Origin: Deltaproteobacteria bacterium
GTDB taxonomy: Bacteria; Myxococcota_A; Polyangia; DRWM01; JAAZOP01
Assembly (NCBI GenBank): GCA_016930215.1
Contig: JAFGHH010000090.1
Location: 1-50,768 of the forward strand
Direction: 5' to 3'
Length of the DNA: 50,768 nt
The notes beneath the pieces were generated by a model. The model saw nothing but the letters and a program-made list of their open reading frames with translations. It ran no database searches and was not told where the DNA came from. This document shows, piece by piece, positions 15,801-23,928 of this stretch (its first letter is position 1; each line of letters begins with the position of its first letter). Made by a program: the position numbers and the translations under genes.

Positions 15801-16988
15801 GTGCAGCGGATGGACGAGGCAGCGCGCTGCGAGCTGTGCGGACACCCGCTGGGCGCCGACGGAGGCGTCGACGCCGCCGGGACGAGACTCTGTACCCCTT
15901 GCCACAATGGCCGATTCGCCGACCGGCTGGTCGCCCGGGGGTTCCGCCTGCAGTGTCTGGCCCAGGCCTTCCATGCGGCCGGCGAGCACGGCGGCGGCCT
16001 GACCCGCCGGGTGATGGGCGCCCTCCCGTACGAGCTGGAGCTGACGGCGAACCTCTCGCCCGAGGACTGGCTGTCGAAGATCGGCAAGCTGTTCAAGAAG
16101 GAGCTGCAGGTCGGCGACCCCGAGTTCGACGCCGCGGTCTACGTGCGGACCGATCACCGCGAGGCGCTGGCCGGCGCCCTGCGGGATCCGGCCTTCCGGG
16201 CCGCGGTGCTCTACGCGGTCCGGACCACGGAGACCGCGATCGTGATCGAGGGCAACCGCGTAGAGCTCGAGAGCACCGCCGTGCCCGTGGAGCAGGTGCC
16301 GCAAGCGCTCCGGTGCGTCGCGCTGCTGCTGCACCACCTCGAGCGGCTCGCGCTGGCCCGCGGCCTCCGGCCGCAGCCCGGGCGGGTGGAGTATCCCGAC
16401 CTGCGGCGGACGATCGAGCACCTCGAGTCCGCCCGCGGTTTCGGGGGGGACAACCGCTTCTGGCCGAAGGGGATCTTCCTCCAGGCCGCGACGCTCGACG
16501 ATCTGCGCGGGCTGAAGCGCGTGCACGACCTGCAGGCGGACACGGGGCGGAAGCTGGAGCTCGTCCGGCTCCTGACCACGCACGTCGTCTCGGACGACCT
16601 CGGCCCGCTGGCGGAGCTCACGACGCTGCGCGTGCTGGAGCTGGACGACCTGCCGGCGGCGCATCGGCTCCCGCCGCTCGAGGCGCTGCGCGACCTGGCG
16701 GAGCTGTCGATCACCCGCTGCCCGCTGACCGATCTCGCGCCGCTGGCGGGGCTGGAGCGACTCGAGGAGCTGTGGCTGCGCGGGACGCCGGTGCGGGATC
16801 TGCGACCGGTGGCGTCCCTGACCGGTCTGCGAAAGCTCGACCTGCGCGGCACGGCGGTCGCCGACCTCGCGCCGCTGGCGGGACTGAAACAGCTCCGGCT
16901 GCTCTGGATCGAGGGGCTCGACCTGCCCGCCGGGCAGGTCGCGGCGTTGCGACACGCCCTGCCGGAACTCGAGCTCGATCCGTACTGA
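15801..16988 (+). CDS. cytoplasmic leucine-rich-repeat protein with N-terminal Cys4 motif
   Basis: ORF 15801..16988. CELCGH...CTPCH at the N-terminus. The C-terminus has ~22-aa LRRs (LTDLAPLAGLERLEELWLRGTPVRDLRPVASLTGLRKLDLRGTAVADLAPLAGLKQLRLLWI). Confidence 0.8.
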   Translation: MQRMDEAARCELCGHPLGADGGVDAAGTRLCTPCHNGRFADRLVARGFRLQCLAQAFHAAGEHGGGLTRRVMGALPYELELTANLSPEDWLSKIGKLFKKELQVGDPEFDAAVYVRTDHREALAGALRDPAFRAAVLYAVRTTETAIVIEGNRVELESTAVPVEQVPQALRCVALLLHHLERLALARGLRPQPGRVEYPDLRRTIEHLESARGFGGDNRFWPKGIFLQAATLDDLRGLKRVHDLQADTGRKLELVRLLTTHVVSDDLGPLAELTTLRVLELDDLPAAHRLPPLEALRDLAELSITRCPLTDLAPLAGLERLEELWLRGTPVRDLRPVASLTGLRKLDLRGTAVADLAPLAGLKQLRLLWIEGLDLPAGQVAALRHALPELELDPY

Positions 16989-17065
16989 CCACCTGCGCCA
17001 TCGTTCTTGCGCGCCCGCCGTCCGCGTGCTGGAATTCCCGGGCGGGGAAGGAAAGGCGGTGCGAC

Positions 17066-18121
17066 GTGCGGCGAACGACCCTTGGACTCCTGACGGCGGT
17101 GGCGGCCGTGCCGCTCGCGTCCGGCTGCGGCTCGTCCCAGGACGACTGCGGCACCTGCGACCCCGGCTTCATCTGCTACTACGGTACCTGCGTCCCCGAC
17201 CTCGACGCGACCGGCGGTGACGCGGACGCCGACGCCGACGCCGATGCGGACGCCGACGCCGACGCCGACACGCCCCCGGACGTCCTCGACATCCCCGAGA
17301 CCGAGACGCCGGTCGAGGTCGGGCCGGACATGCACGGCGACGGCGACGTGGTCGAGGTCCCGATCGATGTGCCGCCCGACGTTCCGCCGACGTGTCCGGA
17401 CCCGGTGCGGCACGACGAGGACGGGGACGGCATCGATGACGCTTGCGACGTCTGCCCGACGATCCCGGACCCCGAGCAGCGCGACACCGACGGCGACGGC
17501 CTGGGCGACGCGTGCGAGGACCCCGAGCCGGGGCTCCTGTCCCACATCGACGCCTTCGCGGCGTTCGTCGACAACCGTCTCGCCCCGACCGCGCGGTGGA
17601 GCGAGCTGGGCGGCACCTGGACGGAGACGCCGGACGTGGTGACCGGCGCGTCGCGCCCCTACGGCGGCGACCGGTGGCTCGAGCTGCCGGCGGAGGCTCC
17701 GTACTCGGTGGAGGCGCGGTTCCGGCTGCGGGACGAGCCGTCGTCGAACGCGAACTACACGGGGCTGTTGTTCGGCGTGCAGCGGACCTCGACCGGCACC
17801 TCGACCACCTGGTGGGGCTGTTTCTTCGAGTGGGACGACCGGTCGCTCTCGCTGTGGCGGAACGACGGCCGCTCGCTCAGCGTCGTCGCCTCGGCCCGCG
17901 AGGCGGTGGAGGCGAACGGGACGACGCGCGACGTGCTGCGTCGGCTGCGTGCGACGTGGGACGGCCTGACGATCGTCTGCACGTTCGACAACGAGGAAGG
18001 CGGGCACGGCGAGCTGTCGCACCCGGTCGACCCGTTCACCGGCATGACGGTTCCGGGCGCGGGCGGCCTGCGGGTCTACAACGAGACGGCGGCGTTCGAG
18101 TCGTTCGTGCTGTACCGCTGA
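17066..18121 (+). CDS. lipoprotein with (DA)n linker, thrombospondin-type-3 Ca-binding repeats and a LamG/DUF1080-like C-terminal domain
   Basis: GTG at 17066 after GGAAGGAAAGG, in frame with ORF 15743..18121. Lipobox AVPLASGC. DEDGDGIDDACDVCPTIPDPEQRDTDGDGLGDACED is the TSP3 pattern. Confidence 0.8.
   Translation: MRRTTLGLLTAVAAVPLASGCGSSQDDCGTCDPGFICYYGTCVPDLDATGGDADADADADADADADADTPPDVLDIPETETPVEVGPDMHGDGDVVEVPIDVPPDVPPTCPDPVRHDEDGDGIDDACDVCPTIPDPEQRDTDGDGLGDACEDPEPGLLSHIDAFAAFVDNRLAPTARWSELGGTWTETPDVVTGASRPYGGDRWLELPAEAPYSVEARFRLRDEPSSNANYTGLLFGVQRTSTGTSTTWWGCFFEWDDRSLSLWRNDGRSLSVVASAREAVEANGTTRDVLRRLRATWDGLTIVCTFDNEEGGHGELSHPVDPFTGMTVPGAGGLRVYNETAAFESFVLYR
17219..17269 (+). repeat. hexanucleotide (GACGCS)8 coding repeat, (Asp-Ala)8-Asp
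   Basis: gac gcg gac gcc gac gcc gac gcc gat gcg gac gcc gac gcc gac gcc gac, read directly. Confidence 0.9.
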
Positions 18122-18241
18122 CGGAGCGCGAGGACGCGCGCGGGCGCGTCAGAACGTGAGCAACCATCGCCCCGGGCGGCCTTGCAGGCTGCAGTGCGGT
18201 ACCGAACCGCCCTTCAGGGCGCGGAACCACGGGACTTCTCG

Positions 18242-18261
18242 CCGCAGGCTGAAGCCTGCGG
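18242..18261. terminator. GC-rich hairpin in a convergent intergenic region (candidate bidirectional terminator)
   Basis: ccgcaggc-tgaa-gcctgcgg, an 8-bp perfect stem. Lies between the stops at 18121 (+) and 18303 (-). No clear U-tract. An alternative 13/14-bp pairing is possible between 18197-18210 and 18258-18271. Confidence 0.4.
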
Positions 18262-18302
18262 TTCGGTTCCGATGCCCGGCTTGCCGATTCCTGCCGACGC
18301 TC

Positions 18303-18794
18303 TCAGCCGGAGATCTCGGCGACGAGCTGCCCGGTCTGGACGGATTCGCCGACGGCGACGGCGACCTTGACGACCTTGCCGTCGAGCGGCGCGGCGATCG
18401 GGACGTTCATCTTCATCGCCTCGATCGTGACGATCGGGGCGCCGCGCTTGACGACGTCGCCGGCCTTGGCGTTGACCGCGATCACCTTGCCGGGCATCGG
18501 CGCCGCGACGGCGCGCGCGCCCGCGGTAACCGGCGCGGCGGGGGCCGGCGCCGGGGCGACCGGCGGGGGCGGCGGGGCCACGACGGGCGCGACCGTCGCC
18601 ATCGGCACGGGGGCCGGGGCCGGCGCGGCCATCACCACCGGCGCGGGGGCCGCGTACGACGCCGCGGGGGCCCCGCCCTGCAGCAGGACGTCGTGCACCT
18701 TGCCGCCGACCTCGGCCCGGTACCGGCCGGGCCCGGTCTCCGTCAGGGTGACCTCCATCGGCTTGCCATCGATCATCATCTGGTAACGGCTCAT
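18303..18794 (-). CDS. biotin carboxyl carrier (biotinyl/lipoyl-attachment) protein
   Basis: ORF 18303..18794. The C-terminal domain carries the biotinylation motif EAMKM. Ala/Pro-rich linker. Confidence 0.9.
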   Translation of the reverse strand: MSRYQMMIDGKPMEVTLTETGPGRYRAEVGGKVHDVLLQGGAPAASYAAPAPVVMAAPAPAPVPMATVAPVVAPPPPPVAPAPAPAAPVTAGARAVAAPMPGKVIAVNAKAGDVVKRGAPIVTIEAMKMNVPIAAPLDGKVVKVAVAVGESVQTGQLVAEISG

Positions 18795-18806
18795 CGTTGT
18801 TGCCTC

Positions 18807-19085
18807 CTACGCTCGTCGCAGCAGCCCGAGCGGGCCTGCCGCGTGGTGCGCCATCGCCGCTCGTCCCCAGAAACCGGCCTCGAATCCGTTCACGGACGAC
18901 GTCGGGAGCTCGTACGGCGCGCCCGCGGCGGCCGCGCCCACGGCGAGCGCGACGCCCAGCGCCCGGTCCTCGGCCACCGCCGCGGCAATCGCCGCGCCGA
19001 CGGCGAGCGCCTGGTCCTCGGCCACCGCCGCGGCGATCGCCGTGCCGACCAGCTCCTCCGTCCCCGTTGCGTCGTACCCGTACAT
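18807..19085 (-). CDS. small Ala-rich protein with an internal duplication; possible carboxylase/decarboxylase accessory subunit (OadG- or epsilon-like, tentative)
   Basis: ORF 18807..19085. EELVGTAIAAAVAEDQALAVGAAIAAAVAEDRALGV. The duplication is visible in the DNA (tcctcggccaccgccgcggcRatcgcc occurs twice, ~48 bp apart). Located between the carboxyltransferase and biotin-carrier genes. Confidence 0.5.
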   Translation of the reverse strand: MYGYDATGTEELVGTAIAAAVAEDQALAVGAAIAAAVAEDRALGVALAVGAAAAGAPYELPTSSVNGFEAGFWGRAAMAHHAAGPLGLLRRA

Positions 19086-19097
19086 CGTTCGCGTCCC

Positions 19098-20645
19098 CTA
19101 CAGCGGGATGCTGTCGTTCTTCTTCGCCGGGATCGTTTCGCGCTTGGTGCGAACGGTCTCGAGCGCGTCGAGCAGGTGCTTGCGGGTCTCGGACGGGACG
19201 ATCACGTCGTCGACCTGCAGCCGCGCGGCGGCGCGGTACGGATTGTAGAACTTGTCGCGGTACTGCTGGAGCAGCTCGGCCTGCTTGGCCTGCTTGTCGG
19301 CCGCGGCCGCCAGTTCCTTGCGGAAGATCAGCGGGATCGCCATCTCGGCGCCCATCACGGCGACCTCGGCGGTGGGCCAGGCGAAGACGCGGTCGGCGCC
19401 CTGGCTCTTGGCGCACATCGCGAGGTAGCTGCCGCCGTAGGCCTTCTTCACGATCACGGTGAGCTTCGGCACCGTGGCGGCGGAGTAGGCGTGGAGCAGC
19501 TTGGCGCCGTGGCGGATGATCCCGCCGTGCTCCTGGCCGACGCCCGGGAGGAAGCCCGGGACATCGACGAAGGTCACGACGGGGATGTTGAAGGCGTTGC
19601 AGAAGCGGATGTGGCGCGCGCCCTTGTCCGAGGCATCGATGTCGAGCGCGCCGGCCTTGAAGAGCGGCTGGTTGGCCAGGATGCCGACGACGCGACCGCC
19701 GAGGCGCGCGAAGCCGGTGAGGAAGTTCGTCGCGAACCGCTCGCCGACCTCGAAGAACGACCCGGGGTCGACCACCGGCAGGATCACCTGCTTCATGTCG
19801 AGCGGGGTGCGGGGGTCGTCGGGGACGACGGTGTCGAGCTGCGGGGCGGGGGCGGCGGACAAGCCGGTCGCCGGCTTGCGCGGCGGCTCCTCGAGGTTGT
19901 TCGACGGGAGATACGACAGCAGCTTGCGGGCGATGGCGTACGCCTCCGCCTCGTCGGCGGCCAGGAAGTGCGCCACGCCCGAGGTGGAGGTCTGGACCTC
20001 GGCGCCGCCGAGCGCCTCCTTGGTGACCTCCTCGCCCATCACGGCCTTGATCACGTCGGGGCCGGTGATGAACATCTGGGCGGTGCCCCGGACCATGATG
20101 ATGAAGTCGCACAGCGCCGGGGAGTAGACGGCGCCGCCGGCGCAGGGTCCGGCGACGATCGCGAGCTGGGGCACGACGCCGGAGGCGATCGTGTTGCGGT
20201 AGAACAGCTCGCCGTAGCCGTTGAGCGAATCGACGCCTTCCTGGATCCGGGCGCCGCCGGAGTCCTCGATCAGGACCACCGGACAGCCGTAGCGCATCGC
20301 GTCGTCCATCGCCGAGCAGTACTTGCGGCAGTGGACCTCGGCCGCCGTGCCGGCGACGACCGTGAAGTCCTGGCTCGCGGCGAACACGGTGCGCCCTTCG
20401 ACCTTGCCGCTGCCGATGACCACGCCGTCGCCCGGCAGCTCGCGGCCCGCCAGGCCGAAGTCCTGGCAACGGTGCTCGGCGAACAGCCCCTTCTCGGCGA
20501 ACGTGCCGGGGTCGAACAGCTTGTCCAGCCGCTCGCGCGCCGTGAGCTTGTGCGACTCGTGCTGCTTGGCGATCGCCTCGGCGCCGCCGCCCGCCTCCAG
20601 GCGCTTGCGCAGCGTCTTGAGCTTCCCGATCCTGTCTTCCGCCAT
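19098..20645 (-). CDS. acyl-CoA carboxyltransferase subunit (PccB / MmdA / GcdA family)
   Basis: ORF 19098..20645. TARERLDKLFDPGTF, VFAASQDFTVVAGT, LIEDSGGARIQEGVDSL, AIVAGPCAGGAVYSPALCDFIIMV and the second half are typical of this family. Confidence 0.9.
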   Translation of the reverse strand: MAEDRIGKLKTLRKRLEAGGGAEAIAKQHESHKLTARERLDKLFDPGTFAEKGLFAEHRCQDFGLAGRELPGDGVVIGSGKVEGRTVFAASQDFTVVAGTAAEVHCRKYCSAMDDAMRYGCPVVLIEDSGGARIQEGVDSLNGYGELFYRNTIASGVVPQLAIVAGPCAGGAVYSPALCDFIIMVRGTAQMFITGPDVIKAVMGEEVTKEALGGAEVQTSTSGVAHFLAADEAEAYAIARKLLSYLPSNNLEEPPRKPATGLSAAPAPQLDTVVPDDPRTPLDMKQVILPVVDPGSFFEVGERFATNFLTGFARLGGRVVGILANQPLFKAGALDIDASDKGARHIRFCNAFNIPVVTFVDVPGFLPGVGQEHGGIIRHGAKLLHAYSAATVPKLTVIVKKAYGGSYLAMCAKSQGADRVFAWPTAEVAVMGAEMAIPLIFRKELAAAADKQAKQAELLQQYRDKFYNPYRAAARLQVDDVIVPSETRKHLLDALETVRTKRETIPAKKNDSIPL

Positions 20646-20756
20646 TCCGCCGTCCCCTTCGTTCCGTTCCGTCCTTCGTTCGCCCGGGCGGGCGCCCGCC
20701 CGCGGGCGCGCTTGCCCGTCCCGGCCCTGCGGGCCCGGGCGGGCGGCGCGGCGCCC

Positions 20757-21917
20757 CTACTTGTTGGCCTTGCGGTAGCCGAGCTGGTCCATCGCGATGA
20801 TCATCTTCTGGATGTTCGCGGTGCCCTCGACGATCTGGTACAGCACGGCATCGCGGTAGTAGCGTGCCACGGGGTACTCGGGGGAATAGCCGTAGCTGCC
20901 GTAGATCTTCAGCGCGATGTGCGAGGCCTTCTGGGCCGTCTCGCCGGCGAAGTACTTGGCCATCGAGGTCTCGAGGGTGTTTCCGAGCTGGCCCTGGTCC
21001 TTCTGCCAGGCAGCCTTGTAGACCAACAGCCGCGCCGCCTCGACCTCGACGGTCATCTGCGCGATCAGCTCCTGGTTCATCTGGAACTGGCCGATCTCCT
21101 GGCCGAACTGCTTGCGCTCGGTGCAGTACTTGGTGACCGCGTCGAGGCACGCCTGGGCGACGCCGACGCCGCCGGCGGCGCAGGAGATGCGCGTGCGGTT
21201 CAGACACTCGAAGACGTAGGCGACCCCCCGGCCTTCCTTGTCGAGGAGGGCCGAGGCGGGGATGCGGGCGTCCTCGAAGACGATCTCGCCCGTGGGCGAG
21301 GAGCGGGTGCCCATCTTGTCGAGCGCCGGGCACTTGATGCCGGGGTTGTTCTTCAGCTCGACGATGAAGGCGCTCATCCCCTTCGCCTTCGCTTCCTTGT
21401 CGGTGTAGGCGTAGACCAGCGCCAGGTCGGCGAACTGGGCGTTGGAGATCCAGATCTTCGAGCCGTTGAGGACGTAGGAGTCGCCGTCCTTCCTGGCCGT
21501 GGTCTTGATCGCCATGACGTCGGAGGCGGCGTCGGGCTCGGTAATGGCGAAGCAGCCGATCAGCTCGCCCGAGCAGAGCCCGGGGAGGTATTTCTGCTTC
21601 TGCTCCTCGGTGCCGTGGAGCAGGATCGCCATGCCGGGCCCGGCGGTCTGCATGTTGAAGGCGACGCGCAGCGAGCTGGAGGCCCGGGCGATTTCCTCGG
21701 TGGCGATGACGAAGGCCAGCCAGCCCATGCCGGTGCCGCCGTACTGCTCGGGGATGATCGCACCGAACAGGCCCATCTCGCCCATCTTGCGGATCACGTT
21801 CTGGGGCCAGTGGTGGTCCTCGTCCCACTTGTCGGCGAACGGGGCGATCTCCTTCTCCGCGAACTTCCGCACCGCGTCGCGCAGGATCACAAGCTCGTCG
21901 CTCAGAGCGAATTCCAT
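20757..21917 (-). CDS. acyl-CoA dehydrogenase
   Basis: In frame with ORF 20757..21941. The start at 21917 (MEFALSDEL) is preferred because GAGGAGGAAG lies directly upstream. FAEKEIAPFADKWDED, GCFAITEPDAASD, and a C-terminal helical domain. Confidence 0.9.
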   Translation of the reverse strand: MEFALSDELVILRDAVRKFAEKEIAPFADKWDEDHHWPQNVIRKMGEMGLFGAIIPEQYGGTGMGWLAFVIATEEIARASSSLRVAFNMQTAGPGMAILLHGTEEQKQKYLPGLCSGELIGCFAITEPDAASDVMAIKTTARKDGDSYVLNGSKIWISNAQFADLALVYAYTDKEAKAKGMSAFIVELKNNPGIKCPALDKMGTRSSPTGEIVFEDARIPASALLDKEGRGVAYVFECLNRTRISCAAGGVGVAQACLDAVTKYCTERKQFGQEIGQFQMNQELIAQMTVEVEAARLLVYKAAWQKDQGQLGNTLETSMAKYFAGETAQKASHIALKIYGSYGYSPEYPVARYYRDAVLYQIVEGTANIQKMIIAMDQLGYRKANK

Positions 21918-22057
21918 GGCTTCCTCCTCGTCGAGCCCCACCCTCGGGGGGGCGGCGGGGACCGTAGTCGCGGCCCGGCGAGGCTGTCAACAGGGAGGGG
22001 AAGGCGGAGCGGAGCGAGGCCGGAGCCGGCAAGAAGGTGGGCCGCCGCAGGAGGGCG

Positions 22058-22261
22058 TCAGACCTCCATCCGAAGCTTGCGGGCACCGGGGACGGGCGCG
22101 CGACGGCGGGCCTCGTCGAGGTGGTCGTCGATGCGCTGACGCAGCCGCTGGACCGCCTCCGAGACGCTGGGGCCCGAGGCCGAGCAGCCGGGGAGCTCGG
22201 GGGCGAACGCCTGGAACCAACCTGGGGTCCTTCCGGGACGGACGTGGACGGTGAGTGTCAT
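22058..22261 (-). CDS. HicB-like (UPF0150) antitoxin-fold protein, no HicA partner nearby
   Basis: ORF 22058..22261. MTLTVHVRPGRTPGWFQAFAPELPGCSASGPSVSEAVQRLRQRIDDHL matches the HicB N-terminal pattern (..a.vPelPGC...G.t.eEA....reai). Confidence 0.6.
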   Translation of the reverse strand: MTLTVHVRPGRTPGWFQAFAPELPGCSASGPSVSEAVQRLRQRIDDHLDEARRRAPVPGARKLRMEV

Positions 22262-22274
22262 GCCGGACCCCTAT

Positions 22275-22290
22275 TGCTCGCGGCGTGCCA
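22275..22290 (-). promoter_or_regulatory. sigma54-like -24/-12 element TGGCACGCCGCGAGCA (weak -12, almost no leader)
   Basis: The reverse complement of 22275-22290 gives TGGCAC-N5-GAGCA with GG and GC at the correct 12-nt spacing. Only ~15 nt separate the -12 GC from the ATG at 22261. Lies in the divergent region next to the sigma54 activator gene. Confidence 0.3.
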
Positions 22291-22404
22291 CGTCCCGGAG
22301 CCGGCGGCGCCGGCGACCGGGGTCCGGAAGTACGGTGAAAACCGACGACCAGCCCCGGGATACTTGTTGACTTCGTACATCATCTGCCTGCACAGTTTCT
22401 ACAC

Positions 22405-23928
22405 ATGGTGAAACCTCGCAGCGCATCGGCCGACCGGGCACTCCACGCCAGCGAGGTGGAGCTGCTCCAGCAGCGGATCATGGAGCTGGCGCTCGAGCGC
22501 ACCGGGGCCCATCACGGCGGGCTGTTCCTGTGGGACGCTCGGGCCCGCGCCCTGGCGCTCGACTTCCACATGGTCGACGGCCTCGTCGTCACGCTGCCCG
22601 GCGTCCGGCTCCGGCGGCGCACCGACGGCCGGCCCAACGGCATCGCCTTCCACGTGCTGGACACCAACGAGCCGTACCTCTGCGTCGATTCCGCGACCGA
22701 CCCGCTCTACGCCCGCTACTTCCTCGACGTCGGCTCGATCGCCGCCGTGCCGATCCCCTACCAGGGCCGGGCGATCGGGGTGCTCAGCGTCTCGGCGTGC
22801 GAGCCGCGCGCCTTCACCACGACGCACCTCGACGAGCTCGAGGCGCTGGCCGCCTCGGCCGCCACCTTCCTCCGCCGCGCGCAGCTCGACCGCGCCTCCC
22901 GCGAGCGGGGCGGCCGCCCGTACCTGATCAAGGGGCTGTGTCCGGAGTGGATCGAGGTCGAGCGGCGGATCGAGGCGGTGGCGCGGACCGACGCCCCGGT
23001 GCTGGTGCAGGGCGAGAGCGGCACGGGCAAGGAGCTGGTGGCGCACGCGATCCACTTCAACAGCCGGCGGGCCGAGGCGCCGCTGGTGACGGTCAACTGT
23101 GCGGCGCTCCCGGAGACGCTGTTCGAGAGCCTGCTGTTCGGCCACGTGCGCGGCGCGTTCACCGGCGCGGCGTTCGCCAAGCGCGGCGAGTTCCAGAAGG
23201 CCCACGGCGGCACGCTGTTCCTCGACGAGCTGGGCGAGCTGCCGCTGGGGCTGCAGGCCAAGGTCCTGCGCGCGCTCGACCAGGGCGAGGTGCAGCCCAT
23301 CGGCAGCGACAAGGCGCCCGAGCGGGTCGATGTCCGGTTGATCTGCGCCACGAACCGCGACCTCCCGGCCGAGGTGCGCGCGGGGCGGTTCCGCCATGAC
23401 CTGTTCTACCGGGTCGGCGTGATGACGCTCGTGCTGCCGCCCCTGCGGCGCTACAAGGACAACCTGCCGGTCCTGGCCGCCGTGTTCGCCCAGCAGGCGG
23501 CGCAGCGGCACGGCCGGCCGGCGAACCGGGTCTCCCCGGAGGCGCTGGCGCGGCTCGCGGCCTACGACTTCCCGGGCAACCTGCGCGAGCTGCGCAACGC
23601 GCTCGAGCACGCCGTGATCCTGGCCGCCGGCGAGGTGATCGAGGCGGCCGACCTGCCGCCGCTGGACGACGCCGCGGCGACCGTCCCGGGGCCCGCTCCC
23701 CCGTCGGATCCCGCCACGCTGCGCGCGCTGCGCGAGCAGTGGCTGGCCGGGCCCGAGCGGCGGTATCTCCTCGACCTGCTCGAGGCGTGCCGCGGCAACG
23801 TGCGGGCGGCCGCCCGCCGCGCGGGGGTCGACGCCGTGACGCTCTACCGCCTGCTGCGCAAGCGCGGGGTGGCGCGCCCGCGCTCCGTGCGCGAAGCCGA
23901 GGGGGACGGACCGGAATGGAAGCGTTGA
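22405..23928 (+). CDS. sigma54-dependent transcriptional activator (GAF sensor - AAA+ - Fis-type HTH)
   Basis: ORF 22405..23928. Walker [15 protein letters not shown] loop, Walker [10 protein letters not shown]-terminal [25 protein letters not shown]. The N-terminal ~170 aa are GAF-like. Confidence 0.9.
   Translation: MVKPRSASADRALHASEVELLQQRIMELALERTGAHHGGLFLWDARARALALDFHMVDGLVVTLPGVRLRRRTDGRPNGIAFHVLDTNEPYLCVDSATDPLYARYFLDVGSIAAVPIPYQGRAIGVLSVSACEPRAFTTTHLDELEALAASAATFLRRAQLDRASRERGGRPYLIKGLCPEWIEVERRIEAVARTDAPVLVQGESGTGKELVAHAIHFNSRRAEAPLVTVNCAALPETLFESLLFGHVRGAFTGAAFAKRGEFQKAHGGTLFLDELGELPLGLQAKVLRALDQGEVQPIGSDKAPERVDVRLICATNRDLPAEVRAGRFRHDLFYRVGVMTLVLPPLRRYKDNLPVLAAVFAQQAAQRHGRPANRVSPEALARLAAYDFPGNLRELRNALEHAVILAAGEVIEAADLPPLDDAAATVPGPAPPSDPATLRALREQWLAGPERRYLLDLLEACRGNVRAAARRAGVDAVTLYRLLRKRGVARPRSVREAEGDGPEWKR

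Noticed and set aside
18303-21917. Calling the cluster a complete Na+-translocating decarboxylase or a complete acyl-CoA carboxylase
   Set aside because: Neither a polytopic beta subunit nor an ATP-grasp biotin carboxylase is encoded in or next to the operon in this window. The enzyme class is left open.
21942-22404. A hicA toxin gene next to the HicB-like ORF
   Set aside because: The flanking non-coding stretches are only 116 and 143 nt and contain no ORF with HicA features. The antitoxin-fold gene therefore appears to be orphan.
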